Assembly (NCBI GenBank): GCA_949292025.1
Contig: CASEYC010000097.1
Location: 24,342-88,341, forward strand
Source of the DNA: an uncultured Bacteroides sp.
GTDB taxonomy: Bacteria; Bacteroidota; Bacteroidia; Bacteroidales; Bacteroidaceae
Direction of reading: 5' to 3'
DNA length: 64,000 bases
How positions within the stretch are numbered: position 1 is the first letter of the stretch; each line of letters opens with the position of its first letter. The notes under the pieces were generated by a model. That model saw nothing but the letters and a program-made list of their open reading frames with translations. It was not told the DNA's origin and made no database searches. This document shows positions 26,014 through 36,260 of this stretch, piece by piece. The position numbers were made by a program, and so were the translations under genes.

Positions 26014-29000
26014 ATGATCCGTTTCCTGATACAACGTCCCATTGCCGTGCTGATGGCGTTCACGGCCTGTTTCATCGTGGGGATAGTGACGTATTTCACG
26101 TTGCCCGTCTCGCTCTTGCCGGATATTGCCATCCCTGAAATCACGGTGCAGGTGACGGCCGAGAATACTTCCGCGCGCGAGCTGGAGAACACCGTGGTCA
26201 AGCCTTTGCGCCAACAGCTCATCCAGGTGGCGAAGCTGGAAGATATGCGGAGCGAGACCCGCGACGGGGCAGGACTGATCCGCCTGAGTTTTGACTATGG
26301 CACCAATACGGACCTGGCTTTCATCGAGGTGAACGAGAAAATTGATGCCGCCATGAATTACCTGCCGAAGGACATCGACCGTCCCCAAGTGGTGAAGGCC
26401 AGCGCGACGGACATCCCCGTGTTCTACCTGAACCTGACGCTTAAGAATGACAGTGCTTACGGCGGCACGGACGAAAAGGCTTTCCTGGATTTATGCGAGT
26501 TTGCCGAGAACGTCATCCGGCGGCGTATTGAACAATTGCCTGAAGTAGCCATGGTGGACGTGACAGGCTTGCTGGAGAGCGAACTCCAAGTGGTGCCCGA
26601 CCCGGACAAGTTGGCTGTGCTGGGACTTTCCATTGAAGATATAGAAACGGCCTTGGCACAGAACAATGTGGAGCCGGGCAGCATGACCGTGCGTGACGGC
26701 TATTACGAATACAACATCAAGTTTTCCACCCTGTTGCGCACGGAGGACGACGTCCGCGACATCTTGCTGAGCAAGGAAGGGCGCATCATCCGTTTGGGCG
26801 ATTTCTGCGACATCAGGGTGGTGCCTGCCGAGGAGCACGGCCTGGTGCTGAGCAACGGGAAGCGGGCGGTGACCCTCGCTGTCATCAAGCAGGCGGACGA
26901 GACCATGGCCGACATGAAGGAAGCTGTAGCCGGGACGATGGACCATTTCCGCCGTATGTATCCGGACATCGAGTTCAGCGTCAGCCGCAACCAGACGGAA
27001 CTGCTGGATTATACCATCACCAACTTGCAGGACAACCTGCTGCAGGGTTTTCTCTTCATCTGCATCGTGGCCATGCTGTTCCTGGGCGACCTGAAGTCCC
27101 CCTTCATCATTGGGCTGAGTATGTTGGCATCGTTGGTGATGGGGTTCGTCTTTTTCTACCTCTTCCGCCTGTCCCTGAATATCATATCCCTGTCCGGGCT
27201 GATTATGGCTTTGGGCATGATGATAGACAACAGTATTATCGTGACCGAGAACATCTCGCAGTACCGCGAAAGGGGCTACTCGTTGCGGCGGGCTTGCGTG
27301 GCAGGCACCAACGAGGTGGTAACCCCCATGATCAGTTCCTCGCTGACCACGGTGGCTGTTTTCGTGCCCCTCATTTTCATGAGCGGCATCGGCGGGGCCT
27401 TGTTCTATGACCAGGCTTTCTCGGTGACGGTGGGGCAGGTGACTTCCTATTTTACGGGCATCATGCTTTTGCCGGTGCTCTATTACCTGGTTTATCGGGC
27501 GGGGATGAGTCGACGGAAGTCCTGGATTGCCCGCATACGCATCAACAATCCCCTCAAGGCCCATACGTTGGACCGCTTCTATGATGCCGGTGTGGATTGG
27601 GTCTTCGCCCATAAGCGGGTGAGCGTCCTCTTCTGCATCGTGTCCGTTCCCCTCTGCGTCTTCATGTTCTACTTTATAGACAAGGAGCGGATGCCACAGA
27701 TTGACCAGAACGAGCTGATGATGCGCGTGGAGTGGAACGAGAATATCCATGTGGACGAGAACCGCCGCCGCGTGGAGGAACTGATGGACCGCCTGCGTGC
27801 CGATGTCGTGGAGCAAACCGCCGACGTGGCCCGGCAGGATTATTTGCTGAACCGGGAGCAGCCTCTGACCTCATCCGAGGCGGAACTGTATTTCAAGACT
27901 GAACACCCCGAGGAAATCTTCCCCTTGCAGAAGAAGGTCTACGGCTTGGTGAAAGCCGAATACCCCTTGGCCGTGCTTTCTTTCTCTCCGCCCGAGACGG
28001 TTTTCGAGAAACTATTCGACACCGGCGAGGCGGATGTGGTGGCCGAACTTTATGCCCGCAACAAGCAGATGGCTCCTGCTCCCGGGGAGTTGCGCGGTTT
28101 GGAGCAACAACTGGCCGGAGCTGTTGCCACGCTTCCCGTGGGTCTGGCCTTTGAGGACCAACTGAACATTGCCATCTGGCAAGAGCGGCTCTTGCTCTAC
28201 AATGTCAGTTACGATGAGGTCTTCCGCACGCTGCGCACCGCTTTCAAAGAAAACAAAGTAGCCATGCTGCATTCCTACCAGCAGTATTTGCCCATCAGCA
28301 TCGTGGGGCATGAGCAGACGGTGAACAAGGTGTTGCAGACAACGCTGGTGCGCACCCTCCCCGATGCCCGCGGCCAGGTGGAGCAAATTCCCTTGAATCA
28401 GCTTGTCCGGGTGTCGTATGGTGAGGACCTGAAGACCGTCACGGCCGGGCGCAACGGCGAGTATATTCCCTTCAGTTTCTACGATGTGGAAGACGCCCCC
28501 GCCTTGATGCAGGACGTCAAGCGGGTGACTGATGCGGACGGGCATTGGGACACCTCTTTCAGTGGCAGCTTCTTCTCCAACCGGGAGATGCTGGACTCGT
28601 TGGTGGTCATTCTGCTCATCTCCATCCTGCTGATGTACTTCATCTTGGCCGCCCAGTTCGAGAGTTTTCTCCAGCCGCTCATCGTCCTGCTGGAGATACC
28701 GATAGACATAGCTTTTGCCCTTGTCCTGTTGTGGGTATGCGGGCATACGTTGAACCTGATGTCTGCCATCGGCCTCATCGTCACGTGCGGCGTCATCATC
28801 AACGACTCCATCCTGAAGCTGGATGCCATCAATGAACTGCGTAAGGCAGGCTGGGCACTCATTCCTGCCATCCACGAGGCGGGACGCCGCCGTCTCCGTC
28901 CCATCATCATGACGGCCTTGACGTCCATCTGCGGTATGGTGCCTCTGCTCTTCACCTTCGACATGGGCTCAGAGTTGCAGCATCCTTTTGTCATTGGCAT

Positions 29001-29130
29001 GATAGGTGCCATGGTCATCGGCACGGCTGTCAGTCTGTTCATCATCCCGCTCATATATTGGTACATTTACCGTAAGGAGGACGGAAAACGGAGAGCCGTG
29101 TCGCCAGAGATTGTTCCCCAAGACTACTAA
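26014..29130 (+). CDS. RND efflux permease 1 (AcrB/HAE family)
   Basis: 1038 aa with 12-TM / two-large-loop pattern. MIRFLIQRPIAVLMAF start. Conserved TM4-like GLIMALGMMIDNSIIV. Confidence 0.9.
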   Translation: MIRFLIQRPIAVLMAFTACFIVGIVTYFTLPVSLLPDIAIPEITVQVTAENTSARELENTVVKPLRQQLIQVAKLEDMRSETRDGAGLIRLSFDYGTNTDLAFIEVNEKIDAAMNYLPKDIDRPQVVKASATDIPVFYLNLTLKNDSAYGGTDEKAFLDLCEFAENVIRRRIEQLPEVAMVDVTGLLESELQVVPDPDKLAVLGLSIEDIETALAQNNVEPGSMTVRDGYYEYNIKFSTLLRTEDDVRDILLSKEGRIIRLGDFCDIRVVPAEEHGLVLSNGKRAVTLAVIKQADETMADMKEAVAGTMDHFRRMYPDIEFSVSRNQTELLDYTITNLQDNLLQGFLFICIVAMLFLGDLKSPFIIGLSMLASLVMGFVFFYLFRLSLNIISLSGLIMALGMMIDNSIIVTENISQYRERGYSLRRACVAGTNEVVTPMISSSLTTVAVFVPLIFMSGIGGALFYDQAFSVTVGQVTSYFTGIMLLPVLYYLVYRAGMSRRKSWIARIRINNPLKAHTLDRFYDAGVDWVFAHKRVSVLFCIVSVPLCVFMFYFIDKERMPQIDQNELMMRVEWNENIHVDENRRRVEELMDRLRADVVEQTADVARQDYLLNREQPLTSSEAELYFKTEHPEEIFPLQKKVYGLVKAEYPLAVLSFSPPETVFEKLFDTGEADVVAELYARNKQMAPAPGELRGLEQQLAGAVATLPVGLAFEDQLNIAIWQERLLLYNVSYDEVFRTLRTAFKENKVAMLHSYQQYLPISIVGHEQTVNKVLQTTLVRTLPDARGQVEQIPLNQLVRVSYGEDLKTVTAGRNGEYIPFSFYDVEDAPALMQDVKRVTDADGHWDTSFSGSFFSNREMLDSLVVILLISILLMYFILAAQFESFLQPLIVLLEIPIDIAFALVLLWVCGHTLNLMSAIGLIVTCGVIINDSILKLDAINELRKAGWALIPAIHEAGRRRLRPIIMTALTSICGMVPLLFTFDMGSELQHPFVIGMIGAMVIGTAVSLFIIPLIYWYIYRKEDGKRRAVSPEIVPQDY

Positions 29131-29144
29131 AGAATTATACGTTT

Positions 29145-30623
29145 ATGATGAAGAAGATATTCATGTTTATCCTTTGGGCTTGTGCCGTGCCAGCCGCGGC
29201 GCAGCAGACGTTTACGCTGGACCTGGCCCAAACCATCCGCCTGGCCAATGACAGTTCGCTGGAGGCTTTCCGGGCTCAGAATATGTATCTCAGCGGCTTT
29301 TGGGAGTACCGCACCTACCGGGCCAACCGTCTGCCGTCGCTGACGCTGGACTTGACCCCGGCGCAGTACTACCGCGACATTACCCGCCGTTACGACTCGC
29401 AGGAGGACATCGACGTTTATCGCACCCAGCAGTCTTTCTACGCCTATGGCAACCTGTCCGTCAACCAAAATGTGGACCTGACGGGTGGCACGCTCTACGC
29501 CAGTACTTCGTTAGGCTATATGCGCAACTTCGGTGCCGGCAAATATTCCCAGTACACCAGCGTGCCTTTTCAGATCGGTTATACGCAAGACCTCATCGGT
29601 TACAACGCTTTCCGTTGGGAGCGCAAGATTGAGCCGCTGAAGTACGAGAAGGTCAAGAAGCAATACCTCTACAACGCCGAGCAGGTCAGCGAGCAGGCCA
29701 CTACTTACTTTTTCCAGTTGGCCATGGCACAGACCGAATATGACTTGGCGCGGGACAATGCCGCCAGCACTGATACCCTCTACCGCATCGGGCGCGAGCG
29801 TTTCAAGATTGCCGCCATCAGCCGGGCAGACCTGCTGACGCTGGAGTTGGATCACGTCAATGCCGGAAACACCTTGCAGACGGCTGCCAGCAGTCTGAAA
29901 CGGGCAATGTTTGCCTTGGCCTCTTTCCTCGACCTGCCCAAGGACACGCAACTGCGTCTGGTGCTTCCCGGCCCACCCCGGGGCTACACGGTCCCTGTGG
30001 ACAAAGCCTTGGCCATGGCCCGCGAGAACAACCCGGATTTTCTCCAACTGCGCCAGGACGTGCTCGAGGCCGAGCAGGAAGTCAACCGGACCAAGGTGGA
30101 GTCGCGGTTCAACGCCAGCATCAATGCCAGCATCGGTTTCAACCAGGTGGCCGAAGACCTTGGGGGCGCTTATCGCCGCCCGTTGCAGCAGGACATGGTG
30201 TCTGTCTCCATTTCCATTCCGTTGGTGGACTGGGGCGTGCGCAAAGGCAAGTACAACATGGCCCGCAACAACCTGAACGTGGTGCGCATCTCCTCGCGTC
30301 AGCAAGAAATCAGCGTGGAGGAGGAGGTCATCATGACGGTGAACGACTTCAACCTCCAGCAGTCGTTGGTGCAGAGCGCCTCGCGTGCTCTCGACCTGGC
30401 CGACATGGCTTATGAGGAGACCCGCCAGCGTTTCATCATCGGGCAGGCGGACATCAACAGCCTCACCTTATCGCTCAACCGGCAGCAGGAGGCCCAGCGC
30501 AACTACATCTCCGCTTTGCAGGCGTATTGGGAGAACTATTATAAAATCCGGCGCCTGACTTTGTTTGACTTTGCCGGGGGCTTCTCGCTGTCCGACAAGT
30601 TTGACTGGGGACTTCTAAACTAA
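29145..30623 (+). CDS. TolC-family outer-membrane efflux protein
   Basis: Signal peptide ...AVPAAAQQ. Two-repeat coiled/beta architecture. 492 aa. Embedded in the RND operon. Confidence 0.8.
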   Translation: MMKKIFMFILWACAVPAAAQQTFTLDLAQTIRLANDSSLEAFRAQNMYLSGFWEYRTYRANRLPSLTLDLTPAQYYRDITRRYDSQEDIDVYRTQQSFYAYGNLSVNQNVDLTGGTLYASTSLGYMRNFGAGKYSQYTSVPFQIGYTQDLIGYNAFRWERKIEPLKYEKVKKQYLYNAEQVSEQATTYFFQLAMAQTEYDLARDNAASTDTLYRIGRERFKIAAISRADLLTLELDHVNAGNTLQTAASSLKRAMFALASFLDLPKDTQLRLVLPGPPRGYTVPVDKALAMARENNPDFLQLRQDVLEAEQEVNRTKVESRFNASINASIGFNQVAEDLGGAYRRPLQQDMVSVSISIPLVDWGVRKGKYNMARNNLNVVRISSRQQEISVEEEVIMTVNDFNLQQSLVQSASRALDLADMAYEETRQRFIIGQADINSLTLSLNRQQEAQRNYISALQAYWENYYKIRRLTLFDFAGGFSLSDKFDWGLLN

Positions 30624-30629
30624 GCGGAT

Positions 30630-33600
30630 ATGGATATAGGTCGCACACGTTTGTCGCCGTTCACCCTCATCGTCAGCTTTGTCTGCTTGGCTTTGGTGGG
30701 GCTGTCCTTGGTGCCCCAGTTGCCTGTCAAGCTCAATCCTTCGCGCAGTCTTCCGGGATTCACGGTCAGCTATACGTTGCCGGACGCTTCGTCGCGTGTG
30801 GTGGAGATGGAGGTGACCAGCAAGCTGGAAGCCATGCTGGCCCGCATCCGTGGGGTGGAGAAGATTCGTTCGACGTCCGGTAACGGTTGGGGCCGTATAA
30901 CCATCGACCTGGACAAATATGCCGATATGGATGCGGTGCGTTTCGAAGCATCAACTATTGTGCGCCAGACTTGGTCCGAACTGCCCGAAGGGGTTTCTTA
31001 TCCTGTGATCCAGATGAAGGTGCCTGACGAGGAGGCACAGCGGCCTTTCCTGTCTTTTACCCTCAATGCGCCGTCTGCCCCCATTCTTATCCAGCGTTAT
31101 GCCGAAGAGAACATCAAGCCCCGCCTGGCCCGCCTGGACGGCGTGTACAAAGTGGAGGTGACCGGCGCCACGCCCATGGAGTGGCAATTGGAGTATGACA
31201 GCGAGCAACTGCGCCGTCTGGGCGTCACGGTGGACGACATTGCCCGGGCCGTGCAAAACCACTATCGCCGCGAATTTCTGGGGACAAACGATGTGGGCGA
31301 TGACCAGACAGGGCGCCGGTGGATTCGTCTGGCTTTGGTGCCCGAAGGCAGTGCCTCGCGCTTTGATGCTACGGCTATTCCCGTGGCCGCTGCCGGCGGC
31401 AAACTGTTCCGGTTGGACGAGTTGGTCAGCGTGGCTCATGTGGAGGCTGCCCCACAGAGTTATTACCGCATCAACGGGCTTAATTCCATTTACCTCTCTG
31501 TTACAGCCGAGGAAAGTGCCAACCAGTTGCGCCTGGCCACGGAGGTGATGGACGAGATGGAGAATCTGGAGCAAGTGTTGCCCGTCGGCTATGAGATACA
31601 TCCCAGTTACGACGCCACGGAATATATCCGCGAGGAACTGCAAAAGATTTATTGGCGTTCAGGACTGACGGTTCTTATCCTGTTGGCGTTCGTCTGGCTC
31701 ATCACGCGCAGGCTACGTTACCTTTTCCTCATCGTATCCAGCTTGGCGGTGAACATCTGTGTAGCCGTCATTTTCTACTATCTTTTCAGGTTGGAGATGC
31801 AGCTTTATTCGTTGGCGGGCATCACTGTGTCGCTCAATTTGGTGATAGACGCTACCATCGTCATGGCCGACCATATCCTGCACCGGCGCAACCTGAAGGC
31901 TTACCTGTCCGTGCTGGCCGCGACGCTCACCACGATGGGCGCGCTGGTCATCATCTTCTTCCTGAAAGAGGAGATACGCCTCAATCTGCAGGACTTTGCC
32001 GCCGTGGTCATTATCAATCTGGGGGTGTCGTTGCTTGTTTCCCTGTTTTTCGTGCCCTCGTTGATTGAAAAAATAGGATTGGTGGAGAACAAACCGTTCC
32101 GCCTGTCCGGCCGTTTCAGGCTGCGGTTGCCCCGTTGTTTGTCCGGCCGTCGTCCTGCGGTCTATTTCACCCGCTTCTACGAACGCATGATATGCGTGTT
32201 GCGCCGTCGTCGTTGGGCGATGTGGGTGGTGTTGGTCTTGGCTTTCGGCTTGCCTGTCTTCCTGTTGCCCAAGGAGGTGGAGGGCGACAGCCGTTGGGCG
32301 GAATGGTACAACAAGACTTTGGGCTCGTCCACCTACAAGGAAGACATCAAGCCCATTGTGGACAAAGCCTTGGGCGGCACCCTACGCCTCTTTGTGGAGA
32401 AAGTATATAACGGCAGCTACTTCACCCGCAACGAGGAGATGGTTCTCCATGCCTACGCCACCCTGCCCAACGGCAGCACGCTGGAACAGATGAATACCTT
32501 GATAAGGCGCATGGAGGTTTATTTGAGCCGGTTCAAGGAAATCCGCCAGTTCCAGACCTCGGTGTATAATGCCCGCCGCGCTTCCATCAGCGTTTATTTC
32601 AAGAAAGAATACCAGCATAGCGGTTTCCCCTACACGCTGAAGGCCAATATGATCAGCAAAGCCCTGCAATTGGGGGGCGGCAGTTGGAGCATCTATGGCC
32701 TGCAAGACCAAGGGTTTAGCAACGATGTGCGCGAGAGTGCCGGTGCTTTCCGGGTGGCTATGTATGGTTACAATTATGACGAATTGTATGCCTGGGCCGA
32801 ACGCCTCAGGGACAAGTTGTTGACCCATCGCCGCATCAAGGAGGTGCTCGTCAACTCGGAATTTTCCTATTGGAAAGACGATTATCAGGAGTATTATTTC
32901 AATTTGGACAAAGGACGTATGGCTCGGGAGGGGATTGACGCTTCCTCGCTTTTTGCTTTTATGCGTCCTATCTTTGGCCGTGACATGCAGGTCGGTTCCG
33001 TCATTACGGAGGAGGGAACGGAGGATATTACCCTTTCTTCGCGGCAGTCCCGGACGTATGACATCTGGGCCATGCGGTTCTATCCATACGGCGCAAGCGG
33101 GGACAAGCATTACAAATTGTCCGAGTTGGCTGCGGTGGAGAAGGGGCAGATGCCTCAACAGATAGCCAAGGAAGACCAGCAATACCGCTTGTGCCTGCAA
33201 TATGAATACATCGGTTCGGGCGAGATGGGCCGCCGCCTGTTGGAGCAGGATTTGGAGGAGTTCAACGAAAAGTTGCCGATGGGCTATGTGGCCGAAGCGG
33301 AAGGGGGGTACTGGCATTGGGGCAAGGACGAGGGACGTCAATACTTGCTGTTGGGCGTGGTCATCGCCATCATCTTCCTGCTCACGGGCATCCTGTTCAA
33401 TTCGTTGAAGCAGCCGTTGGCCATCATCTCCGTCATACCGGTGTCTTACATCGGCGTGTTCCTGACGTTCTATGCGTTCCGTCTGAACTTCGACCAAGGG
33501 GGCTTTGCCTCGTTTGTCCTGTTGTGCGGCATCACGGTGAATGCCAGCATCTACATCCTGAACGAGTACAACAACCTGCGGCGGTGCTTCCCCCACCTGC

Positions 33601-33827
33601 GGCCGCTTCATGCGTACGTCAAGGCGTGGAACGCCAAGATTGTGCCCATTTTCCTGACGGTGGTTTCCACCATCTTGGGATTTATTCCTTTCATGGTGGG
33701 CACGGACAAGGAAGCCTTTTGGTTCCCGCTGGCGGCGGGAACCATTGGCGGCTTGGTGCTTTCGATGGTGGGGATATTCTTCTTCCTGCCGTTGTTGGTG
33801 CTCAAGCGGCGTGAAGCGGTTCAGTGA
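30630..33827 (+). CDS. RND efflux permease 2 (divergent AcrB-like)
   Basis: 1065 aa with the same topology pattern. GITVSLNLVIDATIVMADH and GITVNASIYILNEY TM motifs. Confidence 0.85.
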   Translation: MDIGRTRLSPFTLIVSFVCLALVGLSLVPQLPVKLNPSRSLPGFTVSYTLPDASSRVVEMEVTSKLEAMLARIRGVEKIRSTSGNGWGRITIDLDKYADMDAVRFEASTIVRQTWSELPEGVSYPVIQMKVPDEEAQRPFLSFTLNAPSAPILIQRYAEENIKPRLARLDGVYKVEVTGATPMEWQLEYDSEQLRRLGVTVDDIARAVQNHYRREFLGTNDVGDDQTGRRWIRLALVPEGSASRFDATAIPVAAAGGKLFRLDELVSVAHVEAAPQSYYRINGLNSIYLSVTAEESANQLRLATEVMDEMENLEQVLPVGYEIHPSYDATEYIREELQKIYWRSGLTVLILLAFVWLITRRLRYLFLIVSSLAVNICVAVIFYYLFRLEMQLYSLAGITVSLNLVIDATIVMADHILHRRNLKAYLSVLAATLTTMGALVIIFFLKEEIRLNLQDFAAVVIINLGVSLLVSLFFVPSLIEKIGLVENKPFRLSGRFRLRLPRCLSGRRPAVYFTRFYERMICVLRRRRWAMWVVLVLAFGLPVFLLPKEVEGDSRWAEWYNKTLGSSTYKEDIKPIVDKALGGTLRLFVEKVYNGSYFTRNEEMVLHAYATLPNGSTLEQMNTLIRRMEVYLSRFKEIRQFQTSVYNARRASISVYFKKEYQHSGFPYTLKANMISKALQLGGGSWSIYGLQDQGFSNDVRESAGAFRVAMYGYNYDELYAWAERLRDKLLTHRRIKEVLVNSEFSYWKDDYQEYYFNLDKGRMAREGIDASSLFAFMRPIFGRDMQVGSVITEEGTEDITLSSRQSRTYDIWAMRFYPYGASGDKHYKLSELAAVEKGQMPQQIAKEDQQYRLCLQYEYIGSGEMGRRLLEQDLEEFNEKLPMGYVAEAEGGYWHWGKDEGRQYLLLGVVIAIIFLLTGILFNSLKQPLAIISVIPVSYIGVFLTFYAFRLNFDQGGFASFVLLCGITVNASIYILNEYNNLRRCFPHLRPLHAYVKAWNAKIVPIFLTVVSTILGFIPFMVGTDKEAFWFPLAAGTIGGLVLSMVGIFFFLPLLVLKRREAVQ

Positions 33828-34903
33828 ATCATCTTTATGGGTTGTTCTTTCCGCTTGTCCATAGGCACGGCCTGGTATTTGGCCTTGCCGAAGTCGATGC
33901 CGTCCAGGTCGATGCAACGGATGCGGCTGTCATACATCGTGCGGAAGTAGATGCGCCGTCCCGCCATGTCCGTGGCCGAGGTCCATTGCGTGGCGCTGGG
34001 GATGTCGGCCGGCACCTTGCCGCCGGCAAACTCGATGCCCACGGGGATGTCGAAGTTGTTCAGTATCTGGAAGCCTTGCAGCACGGCTTTCTCCGATGTG
34101 GCTTGTTGCGGGGCGGTGGCCTGGTAGAAGGCGGCGCGCACGAAGCGCGACGGGGGCGTCACGTCGCCCGGCAGGCCGAGGAAGCCGCTGCCTGCGCCGA
34201 ATTGCCTCAGTTCCACGCTGCCCAGCTTTTGGGCGGGGGCGGAGCCGGGGAACAGGTTGACGTAGTTGTTCAGGTTGGTCAGGTGCCAGGGCAGGTCGGG
34301 CGAGTTGGTCAGCACGCCCAGGGTGTTCTCGTAGAAGCGTAGTTGGCCGCCCTCCACGATCTCCAGCACCACTTGGCGGCCCGACGGGTCGGTGAACCGC
34401 CAATGTACCGTCGAGGCGCGTGGGTCAATCTGCACCACGTGGACGCGCTGCACGGCGGCTTTCACTTCGTCTATCGTGGCACATTCACCCAGCACGTAGG
34501 CCACCAGTTGCAGGTCGGCGATGGTGGTTGCCTTCTCCGCGGGATTGTATGTCTCGTATTGGCCGTAGGCGGGGAAGTAGAACAGTCCGGCGGACAGGCC
34601 AGCCTCGTTCAGGCCTTCGGCCACGAATTGTTCCTGCTCCACGGAGAGGCCCACGTAGCCATGCCGGGCGGTGAAGCTCATGCCGTCCGTCGCGCCGCCG
34701 GGCAGGAAGGACTGTTGCCGGTAGCCGCGCGGCACGATGACGTATTGGCTCTCCAGGTCGCTGCCGCCCCATTCGATGGTGCGGGCCACGACGGTCCGGC
34801 CGTCCTGGCTCTTCAGGGTGATGCCGGTGCAGGCATCGGCGGGGATAGGAGCCGTGCCTGTCAGGGCGGCGGCCAGTAAAATGAGGGATAGTTTCTTTTT
34901 CAT
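33821..34903 (-). CDS. Secreted Ntn hydrolase, choloylglycine (bile-salt) hydrolase / penicillin V acylase family
   Basis: Signal peptide ...APIPADA, then CTGITLKSQDG, so the nucleophile Cys becomes N-terminal after cleavage. The stop overlaps the RND2 stop convergently (TCAGTGA). Confidence 0.8.
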   Translation of the reverse strand: MKKKLSLILLAAALTGTAPIPADACTGITLKSQDGRTVVARTIEWGGSDLESQYVIVPRGYRQQSFLPGGATDGMSFTARHGYVGLSVEQEQFVAEGLNEAGLSAGLFYFPAYGQYETYNPAEKATTIADLQLVAYVLGECATIDEVKAAVQRVHVVQIDPRASTVHWRFTDPSGRQVVLEIVEGGQLRFYENTLGVLTNSPDLPWHLTNLNNYVNLFPGSAPAQKLGSVELRQFGAGSGFLGLPGDVTPPSRFVRAAFYQATAPQQATSEKAVLQGFQILNNFDIPVGIEFAGGKVPADIPSATQWTSATDMAGRRIYFRTMYDSRIRCIDLDGIDFGKAKYQAVPMDKRKEQPIKMIH

Positions 34904-34970
34904 ATACGTGTGGGTTTTAAGAGTGATACATATATGCCTATATAACCCCGGTCAACCGGAATTGTTCACC

Positions 34971-35582
34971 CTATTCCAGCAATTCCCCCGCTCCTTGCCG
35001 CACGATGAGCGGCTCGTCGCCCGTGCAGTCCACTACCGTCGAACCGTCCAGTCCGCCGATGCCGCCGTCTATCACCAGGTCCACCAGGTCGCCGTATTTC
35101 TCGTCGATGAGCTCCGGGTCGGTGGTGTATTCCGGGTCGTCGTCCTCGTCGTGGGGCAAGGTGGTGGTCATGATGGGGGCGTCCAGCAGGCGGGCAATCT
35201 CGCGGATGATGGGGTTGTCCGGCATGCGGATGCCCACCTCCTTGCGGTTGCGGAAGATTTTGGGCAGGCGCGTCGTGCCGTTCAGGATGAAGGTGAAGGG
35301 GCCGGGCAGGTTGCGCTTCATCAGCTTGAAGGTATTGTTGTCTACCTTGGCATACTCGCTGATGGCGGCCAGGTCATAGCAGATGATGGAGAGGTTGTTC
35401 TTCTTCGGGTCGATGCCCTTCAGGCGGCAGATGCGCTCGATGGCGCGTTCCTTCAGGCCGTGGCAGCCGATGGCATACTTGCCGTCGGTGGGATAGATGA
35501 GGAGACCGCCGTCGTTCAGCAGGTCGATGACGCGTTGCAGGTCGGCGGGGTCGTTGTTCTTGTTGTAGAGTTTCAGCAGCAT
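34971..35582 (-). CDS. tsaC: L-threonylcarbamoyladenylate synthase (TsaC/YrdC family)
   Basis: MLLKLYNKNN...LIYPTDGKYAIGC...RICRLKG...PGPFTFIL are typical YrdC motifs. The ATG at 35582 is chosen over the longer ORF. Confidence 0.8.
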   Translation of the reverse strand: MLLKLYNKNNDPADLQRVIDLLNDGGLLIYPTDGKYAIGCHGLKERAIERICRLKGIDPKKNNLSIICYDLAAISEYAKVDNNTFKLMKRNLPGPFTFILNGTTRLPKIFRNRKEVGIRMPDNPIIREIARLLDAPIMTTTLPHDEDDDPEYTTDPELIDEKYGDLVDLVIDGGIGGLDGSTVVDCTGDEPLIVRQGAGELLE

Positions 35583-35610
35583 AAGTCGGGAAGATTTAAG
35601 TATTCTCCTG

Positions 35611-35618
35611 CAAATGTA
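35611..35618 (-). promoter_or_regulatory. Bacteroidota -7 box (TACATTTG on minus strand)
   Basis: Plus-strand caaatgta, 29 nt upstream of the tsaC ATG. Confidence 0.4.
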
Positions 35619-35652
35619 CGCACAATCCTTTGGGTAGCAAAGGAAATAGCCG

Positions 35653-35660
35653 TATCTTTG
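35653..35660 (+). promoter_or_regulatory. Bacteroidota -7 box TATCTTTG
   Basis: Exact match 36 nt upstream of the ATG at 35696. Confidence 0.45.
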
Positions 35661-35695
35661 CCCTTGCAAACCATAGAATTATAGGAGGAACGACA

Positions 35696-35926
35696 ATGAA
35701 AACAACGGTTGCCCTGGAAAACCTTTGGCTCTACCTGCAGTCACTGCCCAAAAGCAACAAGCAGTGGCTGTCCGAGAAGTTGCAGGAAGACCTGCATCAG
35801 GAAGAAACAGCGTATATCAGCAAGGAGGAAGTGCTGGCGGGGATTGATGCGGGGCTGAAAGATGTTGTGGCCGGACGTACACGCCCGGCGGAAGAATTAT
35901 TGGAGGAATTGCGCAATGGATTATAA
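35696..35926 (+). CDS. Putative type II antitoxin (76 aa)
   Basis: Small acidic protein whose 3' end overlaps the toxin start by 11 nt. Family not recognised. Confidence 0.5.
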   Translation: MKTTVALENLWLYLQSLPKSNKQWLSEKLQEDLHQEETAYISKEEVLAGIDAGLKDVVAGRTRPAEELLEELRNGL

Positions 35927-36260
35927 AGTGAAAACGGCAAGGTCTTTTGAGAAAGAGCTTAAAAGACTGGGAAAACGCTATGTCTCCATTGTGGACGATT
36001 ATGCCAATCTGTTGGAAGAACTCTATGCCAATCCGCAGCTCGGCACCGACTTGGGCGGTGGCCTGCGCAAAATCCGTATGGCCATCACCTCCAAGGGGCG
36101 GGGCAAGAGCGGCGGTGCCCGTGTCATAACCTTTACGGTGGTTGTGGCTGTGGAGGAAACGGAAATCAACCTGCTGTATATCTACGATAAGGCGGAACGC
36201 GCTTCTATCAGCCGGAAGGAGATAGAGGAATTGTTGAGGAAGAACGGGCTGAAAGGTTAA
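35916..36260 (+). CDS. RelE/ParE-superfamily toxin
   Basis: MDYKVKTARSFEKELKRL...KGRGKSGGARVITF...LLYIYDKAE is a pattern typical of RelE/HigB-like toxins. Confidence 0.65.
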   Translation: MDYKVKTARSFEKELKRLGKRYVSIVDDYANLLEELYANPQLGTDLGGGLRKIRMAITSKGRGKSGGARVITFTVVVAVEETEINLLYIYDKAERASISRKEIEELLRKNGLKG

